Source of the DNA: Spirochaetota bacterium
Lineage (GTDB): Bacteria; Spirochaetota; UBA4802; JAFGJZ01
Reading direction: 5' to 3'
Assembly: GCA_016928815.1 (NCBI GenBank)
Contig: JAFGJZ010000185.1
Coordinates: forward strand, 1-59,648
DNA length: 59,648 bases
Shown: positions 38,565 to 47,944 of the stretch, piece after piece
Layout of the letters: each line of letters opens with the position of its first letter
Position numbering within the stretch: the stretch's first letter is position 1
The notes under the pieces: model-generated
Databases searched by the model: none
The model's input: only the letters and a program-made list of their open reading frames with translations
What the model was told of the DNA's origin: nothing
Translations under genes and position numbers: made by a program

Positions 38565-40235
38565 TCATCTGATTTCTTTAATCATGTCCGCAACATCATT
38601 TATAATTCTTGAAAGTGTTTCATTACTCAGTCCTGCACCTGCAAACCTTGAAAGTGATATCATCTCGCTGATCTGATCGAGCTGTTCTGACCCGTGTCCG
38701 CTTTCTTTCAGAAAAACAATACTTTTTTCAATTACAGTTATGGTACGTTCGCGGTTGCTGCTTCTCAGAGCGCTTTTTAACTCAATTATATGCTCATTAG
38801 CAGTGGAGAGTTTTTTATCAGAATTCAATCTTTCGGTTACCCGTTTTTTTAATTCGGATTTTTTCTGCACACCGTACTCTGTCTCGCGTGATGATCTTCT
38901 TTTCTCAAGAATGAGAAATGCCGAAAAGGCCGCAACAGAAAGAAAAATCATGACGGAGGAAATTATAATAACCGTAAATAATCCCGAAAAGGATGATGAA
39001 CCGGAAACAGGAATTTCCTCTGATAAACCCTGTTTTTTAAAACTGAATTCAAAAGGACCTGTCTCAATTTTTTTAAACAGCCTGATTTCAGGATCATAAG
39101 TATTTATGAAAATATTTTCAATTTCACATTCTGACGAATCATCCGGAATTACCGTAAAATCATAGGTATAACTTCCTGCCACATCATTTCCGGATATGCC
39201 GATTTGAGCATCACTTACCGATGTAAGTACATTAAAACCGTCATGCTTAAGAACCGTCCAGTCTATCGGCATCGCGAAATTGCCGCTTCCGCTGAGTTTA
39301 ATCTGAAATGAAGCCTCGGCATCGGATTTTTTTATTTTAGTTTTATCAAATTCCATCTTATAGGAGCCGGTATAAACCGGTTCCTGCAGACCGGAAGGCA
39401 AAGATGCTACACGGATATTTTTCCCTTCAAAAGCCCGTGTTTTGGTCACAACGGAAAATGCCTCCTGCTGATAATACACAGCCTTTCCTCCGTTTATTTT
39501 AAATGTCCCCGGAGAAATCGGTATATAGATATATGTCTGAAGATGCTGCCGGTAGAATAAGACCCCATGATCCTCAAAACTCCGGTCTTCAATTTTCTCA
39601 TCAACCGGTTTGATGTAAAAATCTGATTCATCAGTATCTTTGTCAATTGACCGGACTTTAATTCCCTGAGGTGAATTTGTTACGACAAAAATACGTACGA
39701 TGACAGGCTGACCGAGATATATTTCCGTTTTGGATATTTCGGTTTCAATTTCAACTTCGGTTTCATTATCGTCAAAAACAGGATTACCGTCATTACCGAA
39801 AAACTGATCAAGAAGACTTTTAGGTCTTGTTCTCACTTTGGAACTTACGGTAAGTTTCACAGAATCGGAACCATATTCCTTTCCATCAGCCATGAAATGA
39901 ATGGAAGGAATTACATAGCTGCCTTCTTTCAGTCCCGTCACACGGTACTGAAGGATAAAACCTGACCAGGAAACACCGTTTATCCACTGACGTGATTTTG
40001 TAATACCTGCATAACCAAGCCCCAGACCCCTATCAGTTACAGGAAGCTGCAGCGGTTCAACACTTTTAACATCAGATACCTTTATCTGAAGCATTGTACT
40101 TTCATCAAGACCGATTACATTATCATCAATTTCAGTAGAAATTTCCGCAGCTGAAACATTTATACAGAAAAGCAGCAACACTGCATAAAGAAAATTTTTA
40201 CCAGTTTTTCTCAAGGACCTGCACTCCATTTTCAT
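38565..40235 (-). CDS. batD: BatD family protein
   Basis: Signal peptide, Ig-like repeats (QWING, GSYVIPSI, IYLGQPV, SGSGNF), C-terminal TM; operon position. Confidence 0.8.
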   Translation of the reverse strand: MKMECRSLRKTGKNFLYAVLLLFCINVSAAEISTEIDDNVIGLDESTMLQIKVSDVKSVEPLQLPVTDRGLGLGYAGITKSRQWINGVSWSGFILQYRVTGLKEGSYVIPSIHFMADGKEYGSDSVKLTVSSKVRTRPKSLLDQFFGNDGNPVFDDNETEVEIETEISKTEIYLGQPVIVRIFVVTNSPQGIKVRSIDKDTDESDFYIKPVDEKIEDRSFEDHGVLFYRQHLQTYIYIPISPGTFKINGGKAVYYQQEAFSVVTKTRAFEGKNIRVASLPSGLQEPVYTGSYKMEFDKTKIKKSDAEASFQIKLSGSGNFAMPIDWTVLKHDGFNVLTSVSDAQIGISGNDVAGSYTYDFTVIPDDSSECEIENIFINTYDPEIRLFKKIETGPFEFSFKKQGLSEEIPVSGSSSFSGLFTVIIISSVMIFLSVAAFSAFLILEKRRSSRETEYGVQKKSELKKRVTERLNSDKKLSTANEHIIELKSALRSSNRERTITVIEKSIVFLKESGHGSEQLDQISEMISLSRFAGAGLSNETLSRIINDVADMIKEIR

Positions 40236-40878
40236 CTTTTCCCTTCATTCTTTTTACAGGCATGTTCTGATAATCCTGAAGTATTTTGTCGATCTGTTCT
40301 CTGCTTAAATCACCCTGGACGGATTTATCATCACTCTGATTCTGCTTATCCTGGTTCTGATCTTTTTTTGAATCATCATTTTTTTTATTATTCTGCTTAT
40401 CGTCTTTTTTGTCTTCTTTATTCTGCTTATCATCTTTTTTGTCATCTTTATTCTGCTGTTTGAGAATATTTTCAAGATTATTTTTAGCATTCTGATAATC
40501 CGGATCAATCTTCAGGGCATTCATATATGCATCAGCAGCTTTTGCCGTATCTCCGGAACGTGAATACATGTTTCCCAGATTATAAAAGGCTTTTTTCTGA
40601 ACTTCCTTATCTTCCGATTTAAGCGCTTCCCTGAAATGCTCTTCTGCTACATCATTGCTTCCCTTTGCGGAATACGCAGTAGCTTTATTAAAAGCAATAT
40701 CCGCTGCTTTAGATTTGGATGGAAGGTATTTGGATGCAGCATCATAATTATCAACCGCCGATTTGTAGTCCGCCTCATTATATGCTGAATTTCCCTTACG
40801 AACATAATCCGCGTAAGGGTCAAGCCATGCTGCCGATAATATTACTGCTGCAAAAAGTATTAATTTTTCAGCTTTCAT
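40198..40878 (-). CDS. batC: BatC-like TPR protein with a Q/D/K-rich tail
   Basis: TPR (KGNSAY, AFYNLGN, ALKIDPD..AK.NLE), ends in KNW; start at ATG 40878 with a GGAG RBS. Confidence 0.85.
   Translation of the reverse strand: MKAEKLILFAAVILSAAWLDPYADYVRKGNSAYNEADYKSAVDNYDAASKYLPSKSKAADIAFNKATAYSAKGSNDVAEEHFREALKSEDKEVQKKAFYNLGNMYSRSGDTAKAADAYMNALKIDPDYQNAKNNLENILKQQNKDDKKDDKQNKEDKKDDKQNNKKNDDSKKDQNQDKQNQSDDKSVQGDLSREQIDKILQDYQNMPVKRMKGKDENGVQVLEKNW
40388..40457. repeat. 30-bp in-frame tandem repeat in the batC tail (QNK[D/E]DKKDDK x about 2.3)
   Basis: Direct repeat read from the sequence. Confidence 0.8.
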
Positions 40879-41866
40879 TGTCTCCCCCGTATTTAACAAT
40901 AAAAGGTTCTAATATCAGAAAAAATAAAAGAAAAAGCGCGAATATTCTGAATTTTTCCTTCGGCTCGGTTATCATCCTTGTATCGGATGATTTAGTCTTG
41001 TTATTTTTAAGTTCGGATTTAATGAATTTCAAATCATCAAAACCCTGATTCAAATTCAGATATCTACCTCCGGTTTCAGAAGCAATTTTTCTCAGGAGAG
41101 AAGTATTTACTCTGGTTTTGACTGTTTCTCCGTTTATGTCCTTTACATAAATATCAGTGCCGTCAGATTGAGGTATAACAGAAGGTGAATCAGTTCCGAG
41201 TGAGGCCGTAAAAACCTTTACATCCTGGTTTTTAAGAACCTTCATTACTTCATCAACTCTGTTTTCATGATCTTCACCGTCTGTAATCAGCAGTACAATC
41301 CTGTTTGTGAGTTTCTTTTTTTCAAAAATTTCAGAAGCCTTTTTTAGAGCTCCTCCAATATCCGTTCCCTGCAGGGCAAGCGTAGAGCTTGATACTGAAT
41401 CAAGAAACATATGAAAGGCACCTATATCAGAAGTAAACGGAGTCATGAGAAACGGTTCACCGGCGAAAACAATCAGTCCCGCCCTGTCTCCTTCAAGGGA
41501 GGCGGACAGCAGTTTCAGTGCATTTTTCGCGCGTATGAGACGAGACGGGGCAACATCTTCGGAATCCATGCTTCGGCTTACATCAAGAAGTACAAGCAAA
41601 TCTGATCCCTCCTTGGTAACAGGCCGTGTTATTGTTCCCCACTGCGGTTTTAACAATACGACAACAAACAGCAGAATTGAAATTATGATGAAAAACTCCC
41701 GCAGAAAAATAATCCATGCTGAAGATCTTAAATAATCAGGAACTCTTCCCTGAAAAATTCTTTTTATGCTGTATCTTCTCCACCAGCCGTAAAAACCCAA
41801 AAGTACGATAGCAGCTGATGCTGACGGAATGATATAAATAATATTATCAAGTGCTCCGAATTTCAT
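40868..41866 (-). CDS. batB: BatB-like vWA domain protein
   Basis: PQWG, LDVSRSM, PSRL..AK, QGTDIG, LITDGEDHE. Confidence 0.9.
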   Translation of the reverse strand: MKFGALDNIIYIIPSASAAIVLLGFYGWWRRYSIKRIFQGRVPDYLRSSAWIIFLREFFIIISILLFVVVLLKPQWGTITRPVTKEGSDLLVLLDVSRSMDSEDVAPSRLIRAKNALKLLSASLEGDRAGLIVFAGEPFLMTPFTSDIGAFHMFLDSVSSSTLALQGTDIGGALKKASEIFEKKKLTNRIVLLITDGEDHENRVDEVMKVLKNQDVKVFTASLGTDSPSVIPQSDGTDIYVKDINGETVKTRVNTSLLRKIASETGGRYLNLNQGFDDLKFIKSELKNNKTKSSDTRMITEPKEKFRIFALFLLFFLILEPFIVKYGGDNES

Positions 41867-42861
41867 TACGGTACCTTCCTGTAAACAAGTGAACGCAGAA
41901 GTATTTCAATTAAAAAGAGAACGGCTGCTGCGGCAAGGAAAATATAAAACCTGTCGAAGAATTCATAATACACTTTAACGTCATAATCGGTTTTTTCAAG
42001 TTTATCTATTTCCCTGATGTTTTCCAGAAAAACCTGATCAGATTCAGCACGGTAGAATTTACCTCCGCTGATTTCGGAAATTCTGCTGATAACTTCAGCA
42101 TTAAAATTGTTTTCAATGAAAGTTTTTCTGGAAAAGAGCCCGTTCGTCGGATATGGAACCGGGCCTTCCTTTCCTATTCCGACCGAGTATATTTTAATTC
42201 CGTACTGTTTTGCAATTTCCGCAGCGGTATCAGGCTGAATCCCGCCGGCATTATTAACTCCGTCAGTTACCAGAAGTATGATTTTTGATTTTGATTCCCT
42301 GTCTTTCATCCGGCTGACTGCAAGCATCAGGGAATCACCGATGCCTGTTCCATCTGCATCTACTGAATCAAAATCCACACTGTCGATCACATCTTTCAGC
42401 ATGTCATATTCAATAGTCAGCGGACACTGAAGATAGGGTCTGTAGGCAAACACAACAAGTCCGATGCGGTCGCTTGTTCTTGAGTCAACAAATGTTTTCA
42501 AAACCTGCTTAGCCGCATAGAGCCTGTTCTCGGGCTGAAAATCCTCTCCGCGCATTGAACCGGAAACATCAAGGACAAGCATGATGTCTATGCCCAGATT
42601 ATTGACACTTGTGTAGTCAACGCCCTTTCCCGGACCGGCAAGAGCGGCAATTACAAGAACTGCGGAAACAAGCCTGATCAGCGGCAGAAATTTATATGTC
42701 GCACCTCTAAGTGTACTCCTGGATTTTACTGTTTTAACCGATGAGATTTTTATGGACGTCTCACGGTTGAATATTTTAAAGTATATGTAGACAAATGCTG
42801 CGGCAGCGGGAAGCAGCAGCAGAAACAGATAAACGGGATATTTAAACTCTAAACCTGACAT
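41866..42861 (-). CDS. batA: BatA-like vWA domain protein
   Basis: GIDIMLVLDVSGSM..EDF...NRL..AK, DRIGLVVF, GTGIGD, TDGVNNAG, IDKLEKT. Confidence 0.92.
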   Translation of the reverse strand: MSGLEFKYPVYLFLLLLPAAAAFVYIYFKIFNRETSIKISSVKTVKSRSTLRGATYKFLPLIRLVSAVLVIAALAGPGKGVDYTSVNNLGIDIMLVLDVSGSMRGEDFQPENRLYAAKQVLKTFVDSRTSDRIGLVVFAYRPYLQCPLTIEYDMLKDVIDSVDFDSVDADGTGIGDSLMLAVSRMKDRESKSKIILLVTDGVNNAGGIQPDTAAEIAKQYGIKIYSVGIGKEGPVPYPTNGLFSRKTFIENNFNAEVISRISEISGGKFYRAESDQVFLENIREIDKLEKTDYDVKVYYEFFDRFYIFLAAAAVLFLIEILLRSLVYRKVP

Positions 42862-43807
42862 TTCCCTTCTCCCATATTATTTTTTCAGCAGCTTCTTTAG
42901 TCAGATTCAGATTGGCTTCAAGTATCTGAACCGACGGATTAAATTCCGCAAATTTTGAAAGATCCCATAATTGAGTTATATTCTCAACCTTAGAAACGAT
43001 AATTTGACCGTTTACTCCGGCTTCAGCATTTAATCTTACGGCTTCAATCAATTCTTCAGATGTCATTTCGACAGCATCCACCTTCATTGAAAGGGATAGA
43101 TATTTTTTAAATATGCGGGATATTTCAACACAGTATAATTCGTTTTCTCCGGATTGAATGTAACTTTTATTTTCAAGTTCCGATACTTCTTGCCTGAAAA
43201 TTTCAATCGGTGGTATAATTTCCACAGGCTTCATTTTACTTTTCACCCGACGGATAATATACATTATAAGTAAAGCAATAAGCGCGCCTGCCGCCAGTAA
43301 CGACAGAATGAGAATGATCAATCTTGTATAGTTCCCTTTCAGCTCAAGAGGAGGTTCATCAGGAAGAATGGAATCGTCCTTAACAACCGATCTGATCTCA
43401 ACGGTTGGTACTTTATATCCCATAACCGTATTATCCGTATTATAAAACAGAACTTCCGGCAGTGTAAAAAGTCCGGTTCTGAAATAGCGAAGTTTAAAAG
43501 TATACTTAACCTCAGCGAAGCCCGATGTCTCATCTTTGATGATATCCGTAATCTCAAATATCGGGATCAGCGACTGTTTACTGTCCGGTGCGGCCATTTC
43601 ATCCATGTACTTTTTTTTCTCCGGGATTTCAACATTCTTCAGATCACTGCTTTTAACATAAGCGACTGTATAAATGACCTCCTCACCTACAGTTGCACTC
43701 CCGGGTTCAACCGCTGCCTTAACATCGAAAGCATCCTGTGCGGAAATCACTGCCGCTGAAAAAAGAACTGCGGCGCATATACTCAGAATCTTAATAAATT
43801 TCACCAT
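42842..43807 (-). CDS. Bat-operon accessory membrane protein
   Basis: Signal peptide, Ig-like domain, TM, A.EMTS.E, DLSKFA; lies between DUF58 and batA. Confidence 0.8.
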   Translation of the reverse strand: MVKFIKILSICAAVLFSAAVISAQDAFDVKAAVEPGSATVGEEVIYTVAYVKSSDLKNVEIPEKKKYMDEMAAPDSKQSLIPIFEITDIIKDETSGFAEVKYTFKLRYFRTGLFTLPEVLFYNTDNTVMGYKVPTVEIRSVVKDDSILPDEPPLELKGNYTRLIILILSLLAAGALIALLIMYIIRRVKSKMKPVEIIPPIEIFRQEVSELENKSYIQSGENELYCVEISRIFKKYLSLSMKVDAVEMTSEELIEAVRLNAEAGVNGQIIVSKVENITQLWDLSKFAEFNPSVQILEANLNLTKEAAEKIIWEKGNVRFRV

Positions 43808-44637
43808 CTTGCAAGTCTCTTCCTGTTGCGTTTCTCAAAATATTTTAATATGGAACTTTCTATCTGCTCATCTGTAGAAAGATTCATAACCTCAAATCCG
43901 TGAATTTCATCATCAAGCGGTTTTCCGGGTGATGTGGAGTGAACCGTACTTTTCGATTCAAGATCATAGAATTGCGTAAGCCCGAAGAAATGAAATCTTT
44001 TCTCTGTAGGATCAGTAATCCTGACTGGTATGACATCATGTTTTCTACGCAGCCTTTTCATTTTAACCAGATAATTATCATCAATGAAATCCGAAAGCAG
44101 AAAGATAACACTTTTCTTTTTTAGGACCGTCATTGAAAAATCAATCACCTTTGAAATATCTGTACCGGAACCGGCAGGTTTAAAATTCATAATTTCACGA
44201 ATTACCTTTAGAATATACTTTCTTCCCTTCTGGGGAGTAAAAAACCATTCAACCCTGTCGGTAAAAAGCATTACAGAAACCCTGTCGTTATTATACTGTG
44301 CAAGGAAAAGAAGCAGTGTGATCACCTCCATCAGCACCTCATCTTTCCGCTTCATTGTACCGTACTGCATTGAAGATGAAATATCAACCATCAGTACAAT
44401 ATTCAATTCTCTTTCTTCAATGAATTCCTTGATATAGAGGTGATTCATTCTTGCAGAGACATTCCAGTCAACATACTTAATTTCATCTCCATACTGATAT
44501 TCACGGACCGTTTCAAACTGCAGACCGTTTCCTTTGAATGCCGATCTGTATTCACCCGCAAAATTAGTATTCAGTTTCCTGTGGAAAGAAATTTTAATTT
44601 TTTTAAGAAGCTGGTCTGCCGACATCTGCTGCATCAC
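43801..44637 (-). CDS. DUF58 domain protein
   Basis: GEYRSAFKG.G.QFE.VREYQYGD....DWNVSAR, EEREL, D.S.SM, LSDF. Confidence 0.93.
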   Translation of the reverse strand: MMQQMSADQLLKKIKISFHRKLNTNFAGEYRSAFKGNGLQFETVREYQYGDEIKYVDWNVSARMNHLYIKEFIEERELNIVLMVDISSSMQYGTMKRKDEVLMEVITLLLFLAQYNNDRVSVMLFTDRVEWFFTPQKGRKYILKVIREIMNFKPAGSGTDISKVIDFSMTVLKKKSVIFLLSDFIDDNYLVKMKRLRRKHDVIPVRITDPTEKRFHFFGLTQFYDLESKSTVHSTSPGKPLDDEIHGFEVMNLSTDEQIESSILKYFEKRNRKRLARW

Positions 44638-45617
44638 GGCACCTCAACAGAATCAAATATCAGTTTTACTGCATCATCCGTCGTAATATCCTCCGCTTCC
44701 GCTTCATAACTGAGAATAATTCTGTGGCGGAGAATGTCAGCTCCAATTTCCTTAATATCCTCCGGAGTTACGAAACCGCGTCCTTTCATGAAAGCCACAG
44801 CACGCGATGCTTTCATCAGGGCTATAGAAGCTCTCGGACTTGCCCCGAAATCTATCAGCTGCGCTACATCCGCATTCGCCGGTTTCCTTGTCTCGGAAAC
44901 AATGTTTACGATATATTCATTTAACTTATCATCAACGTAGATTCCGGAAATTACATTTTTAATATCAGCAATTTCATCAAGTGTAATGACATTATTCACA
45001 TTATCCGTGTTTATGCTGCCGTAATTCTTCAGAATGTCAAGTTCCTCGACGCGGTCCGGATAGGAAACGAGTACTTTCATAAAAAACCTGTCAAGCTGCG
45101 CTTCCGGCAGCGGGTATGTCCCTTCCTGTTCTATCGGATTTTCAGTCGCAAGTACCATGAATGGAGATTCGAGTTTATAGGTATCCTCGCCTATTGTAAC
45201 ATTTTTTTCTTCCATTGCCTGAAGCAGTGCAGACTGAACCTTGGCCGGAGCCCTGTTTATCTCATCAGCCAGAAGAATATTGCAGAATATCGGTCCTTTC
45301 TTGGTAAAGAATTCCATGTCTTTCGGATTATAAATTCTTGTACCGATCAGATCTGCTGGAAGGATGTCCGGAGTAAACTGAATTCTGTTAAAATGCCCGC
45401 TTAATGTCTTTGCAAATGAACGCACGGTCAGAGTTTTTGCAAGTCCGGGCAGACCTTCAACAAGAATATGCCCGTCACAGAAAAATGAAATCAGAATTCT
45501 GTCTATAAGATTATTCTGACCGAAAATAACTTTTCCCATTTCTTTTTTTACGGCATCAACAACACTGTTTTTTTCTTTTACCAGCGACGTCATTTTTTCA
45601 ATTGCAGCATAATCCAT
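44634..45617 (-). CDS. moxR: MoxR family AAA+ ATPase
   Basis: GHILVEGLPGLAKT, RIQFTPD.LPAD, LADEINRAPAKVQSALL, NPIEQEGTYPLPEAQLDRF. Confidence 0.97.
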   Translation of the reverse strand: MDYAAIEKMTSLVKEKNSVVDAVKKEMGKVIFGQNNLIDRILISFFCDGHILVEGLPGLAKTLTVRSFAKTLSGHFNRIQFTPDILPADLIGTRIYNPKDMEFFTKKGPIFCNILLADEINRAPAKVQSALLQAMEEKNVTIGEDTYKLESPFMVLATENPIEQEGTYPLPEAQLDRFFMKVLVSYPDRVEELDILKNYGSINTDNVNNVITLDEIADIKNVISGIYVDDKLNEYIVNIVSETRKPANADVAQLIDFGASPRASIALMKASRAVAFMKGRGFVTPEDIKEIGADILRHRIILSYEAEAEDITTDDAVKLIFDSVEVP

Positions 45618-45674
45618 ATCAATAAATCCTCTTTATTATAAATAATCTTTAATATTATTAACCGGCAGTTGAGG

Positions 45675-45698
45675 AAAGTCTGCCGTCAGGCAGACTTT
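45675..45698. terminator. Hairpin between the hemerythrin genes and moxR
   Basis: AAAGTCTGCC-gtca-GGCAGACTTT, perfect 10-bp stem. Confidence 0.55.
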
Positions 45699-45758
45699 AC
45701 CGTCAATTACTTTTATGTAAAAATCATAGCGGGATTGTTACAGGAAGGAATTAAAATT

Positions 45759-46166
45759 TCAGGAAATTCCGTTTTTTCGAAAAAATTCAGAATATTTTTT
45801 ATCAGTAATATTGATGTGTTTCACCAGCCAGTCTTTCAGAAAGCTCATCAGTTCCAGACTGAAACTCTCTTTTCCGTCATCCAGTTTTTTCTTGAACTCA
45901 AGAACACTTTTCACAAGTATTTCATGTTCTTTTTTATGCGGTTCAAAGTCAGGGTAATTTTTCATGATCATCAGATCTTCTTCATGTGAAAAATGAATTT
46001 CCGTATAATCAATTAGGCCTTCAAGCACGGAATATATTTTTGATGCAGCGTCACCTGCAATAATTCCCGTATGCAGCTGATTAATGAAACGAACAAGTTC
46101 CTGATGCTCCTCATCGAATTTCTTGACACCGACTGTCAGTTCATCATTCCAGGTTAAATAAGGCAT
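45759..46166 (-). CDS. Bacteriohemerythrin
   Basis: Complete ligand set: DEEH, HFSHEE, HKKEH, WLVKHI..TD. Confidence 0.95.
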   Translation of the reverse strand: MPYLTWNDELTVGVKKFDEEHQELVRFINQLHTGIIAGDAASKIYSVLEGLIDYTEIHFSHEEDLMIMKNYPDFEPHKKEHEILVKSVLEFKKKLDDGKESFSLELMSFLKDWLVKHINITDKKYSEFFRKNGIS

Positions 46167-46229
46167 AATTTCACTCCTTTTGTAATATTATTATATTAAA
46201 CATTCAGATAAAATATTTTTTACGTTATT

Positions 46230-46637
46230 TCAGATAATACCTTTTTTCGAAAAAAATTCCGAATAGGCTTTATCGACTACTTTAATGTGATTCATCAGCC
46301 AGTCGCGCAGAAAAGCCATCAGTTCAAGACTGAAGTTAATTTTACCCGCTTCCATCTGTTTTTTAAATCCTCTGATTTTATCAACAAAAACCTCATGTTC
46401 CTTAATCTGTCCGGGAAGACCGGGATAGTCCTCTGATTCCATAAGTTTTTCCTCATGCCCGAAATGTTTTTCAGTATATTCCACAAGTCCGTCAAGAATG
46501 CCATAAACACTTTCGGCTGCTTCTCCTGATATCAGTGCCATGTGAAGTTTATTTATATAGGAAATCAGCACCTTATGTTCATCATCAAAATCTTTCACTC
46601 CAACACTGAGATTATCTTCCCAAATAAAATACGGCAT
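46230..46637 (-). CDS. Bacteriohemerythrin (paralogue with H77Q)
   Basis: DDEH, HFGHEE, QIKEH, WLMNHI..VD. Confidence 0.93.
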   Translation of the reverse strand: MPYFIWEDNLSVGVKDFDDEHKVLISYINKLHMALISGEAAESVYGILDGLVEYTEKHFGHEEKLMESEDYPGLPGQIKEHEVFVDKIRGFKKQMEAGKINFSLELMAFLRDWLMNHIKVVDKAYSEFFSKKGII

Positions 46638-46656
46638 ATCAACCTCCCCTTTAAAA

Positions 46657-47232
46657 TTATATATTCTTTAATTTATTGTAGCATTTCCGGCAAAAGGCGG
46701 CATACTGCTTGTCTCCGACTACAATTTCATTACCTTCCACAATCAGATTTCCGTTTTCATCGAGCAGAGCGTTCATGGTTGCTTTGTGACCGCATCTGCA
46801 TACGGTCTTAATTTCCCTGATTGTGTCCGCTCTTGCCATTAGACTTACTATAGACGGGAAAAGATCTCCCATGTAATTGCTTCTGAGTCCGAAGCAGAAA
46901 ACATTGATATTGAAATTATCAACTATATCAGCAAGCTGCTCTATATGCTGTTTACCGAAAAACTGAACTTCGTCAGCAACTATGATATCATATCTCTCAT
47001 TTTCAAAATCTGCAAGTTTTAAAATATCCGTGTCGCTTGAAACAGTCAGAGCTTTACAGCTGAGTCCGTGAATTCTGGAATGTATTTCACCGACTTCTCC
47101 GAACCGGTCATCTAGACCTGAAGTCAGAACAAGCGGCCTTAAACCTCTTTCCCTGAAATTATACACCATTATAAGTAATTTTGCACTTTTGGCACTGAAC
47201 ATTGTACCATAATAATAATATAACTTTGCCAT
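46657..47232 (-). CDS. tdk: Thymidine kinase
   Basis: AKLYYYYGTMFSAKS, SRI, ADEVQF, FGLR, C.CG.KA..N, CRKCY. Confidence 0.95.
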   Translation of the reverse strand: MAKLYYYYGTMFSAKSAKLLIMVYNFRERGLRPLVLTSGLDDRFGEVGEIHSRIHGLSCKALTVSSDTDILKLADFENERYDIIVADEVQFFGKQHIEQLADIVDNFNINVFCFGLRSNYMGDLFPSIVSLMARADTIREIKTVCRCGHKATMNALLDENGNLIVEGNEIVVGDKQYAAFCRKCYNKLKNI

Positions 47233-47371
47233 CTGCACCGTCCGGTTTATTGTAATTTTATCTAAATTAAATTATTTTAGCATATGTTGCAATAATATTA
47301 AAAATTTTCTTGAAATTTTATTTGTTAAAACAAACTGTACTCCAATATAGCATATGTTTTAGGAGATTATA

Positions 47372-47809
47372 ATGAATTTTGAACAAACCCTTTCAATTGT
47401 AAAACCGAATGCTCTTGAAAAAAATGCATTGGGCGACATCATAAACAGGTTTGAGAAGTCCGGACTTAAAGTAATTGCAATCAAAATGCTGCTTCTTGAC
47501 CGTCAGACTGCGGCAGGTTTTTACAAAGAACATGAGGGTCAGCCCTATTTTGAAAAATTAATGAAATTTATGACACGAAACCCGATTGTTGTTCAGGTTC
47601 TTGAAGGCATTGATGCTGTGGCTAAAAACCGGGAAATCATGGGACCGACCAGCTATATGAACGGACCGGAGGGTACAATACGGAAGGATTATGCTGATGA
47701 TATTACATATAATGCCGTACACGGATCAGATTCCCCCGAATCAGCTAAAAAGGAAATAGCATACTTTTTCAGGGAAAATGAAATTTTTCCGAATTATTCT
47801 GTGAAATAA
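47372..47809 (+). CDS. ndk: Nucleoside-diphosphate kinase
   Basis: EQTLSIVKPNA, FY.EH, GTIR, NAVHGSDS. Confidence 0.97.
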   Translation: MNFEQTLSIVKPNALEKNALGDIINRFEKSGLKVIAIKMLLLDRQTAAGFYKEHEGQPYFEKLMKFMTRNPIVVQVLEGIDAVAKNREIMGPTSYMNGPEGTIRKDYADDITYNAVHGSDSPESAKKEIAYFFRENEIFPNYSVK

Positions 47810-47815
47810 TTACCG

Positions 47816-47835
47816 CCCGGTCAATGACCGGGTTT
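47816..47835 (+). terminator. Hairpin after ndk
   Basis: CCCGGTCA-a-TGACCGGG-TTT. Confidence 0.55.
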
Positions 47836-47944
47836 CATACCAAATCTAAATGAAATCATATTTCTTAAAATTAAAAATTAATTAAAAATTTTATTTTATT
47901 TACCGTCTCTGTATGATATAAAATATACATATCCGGAGAATTAA

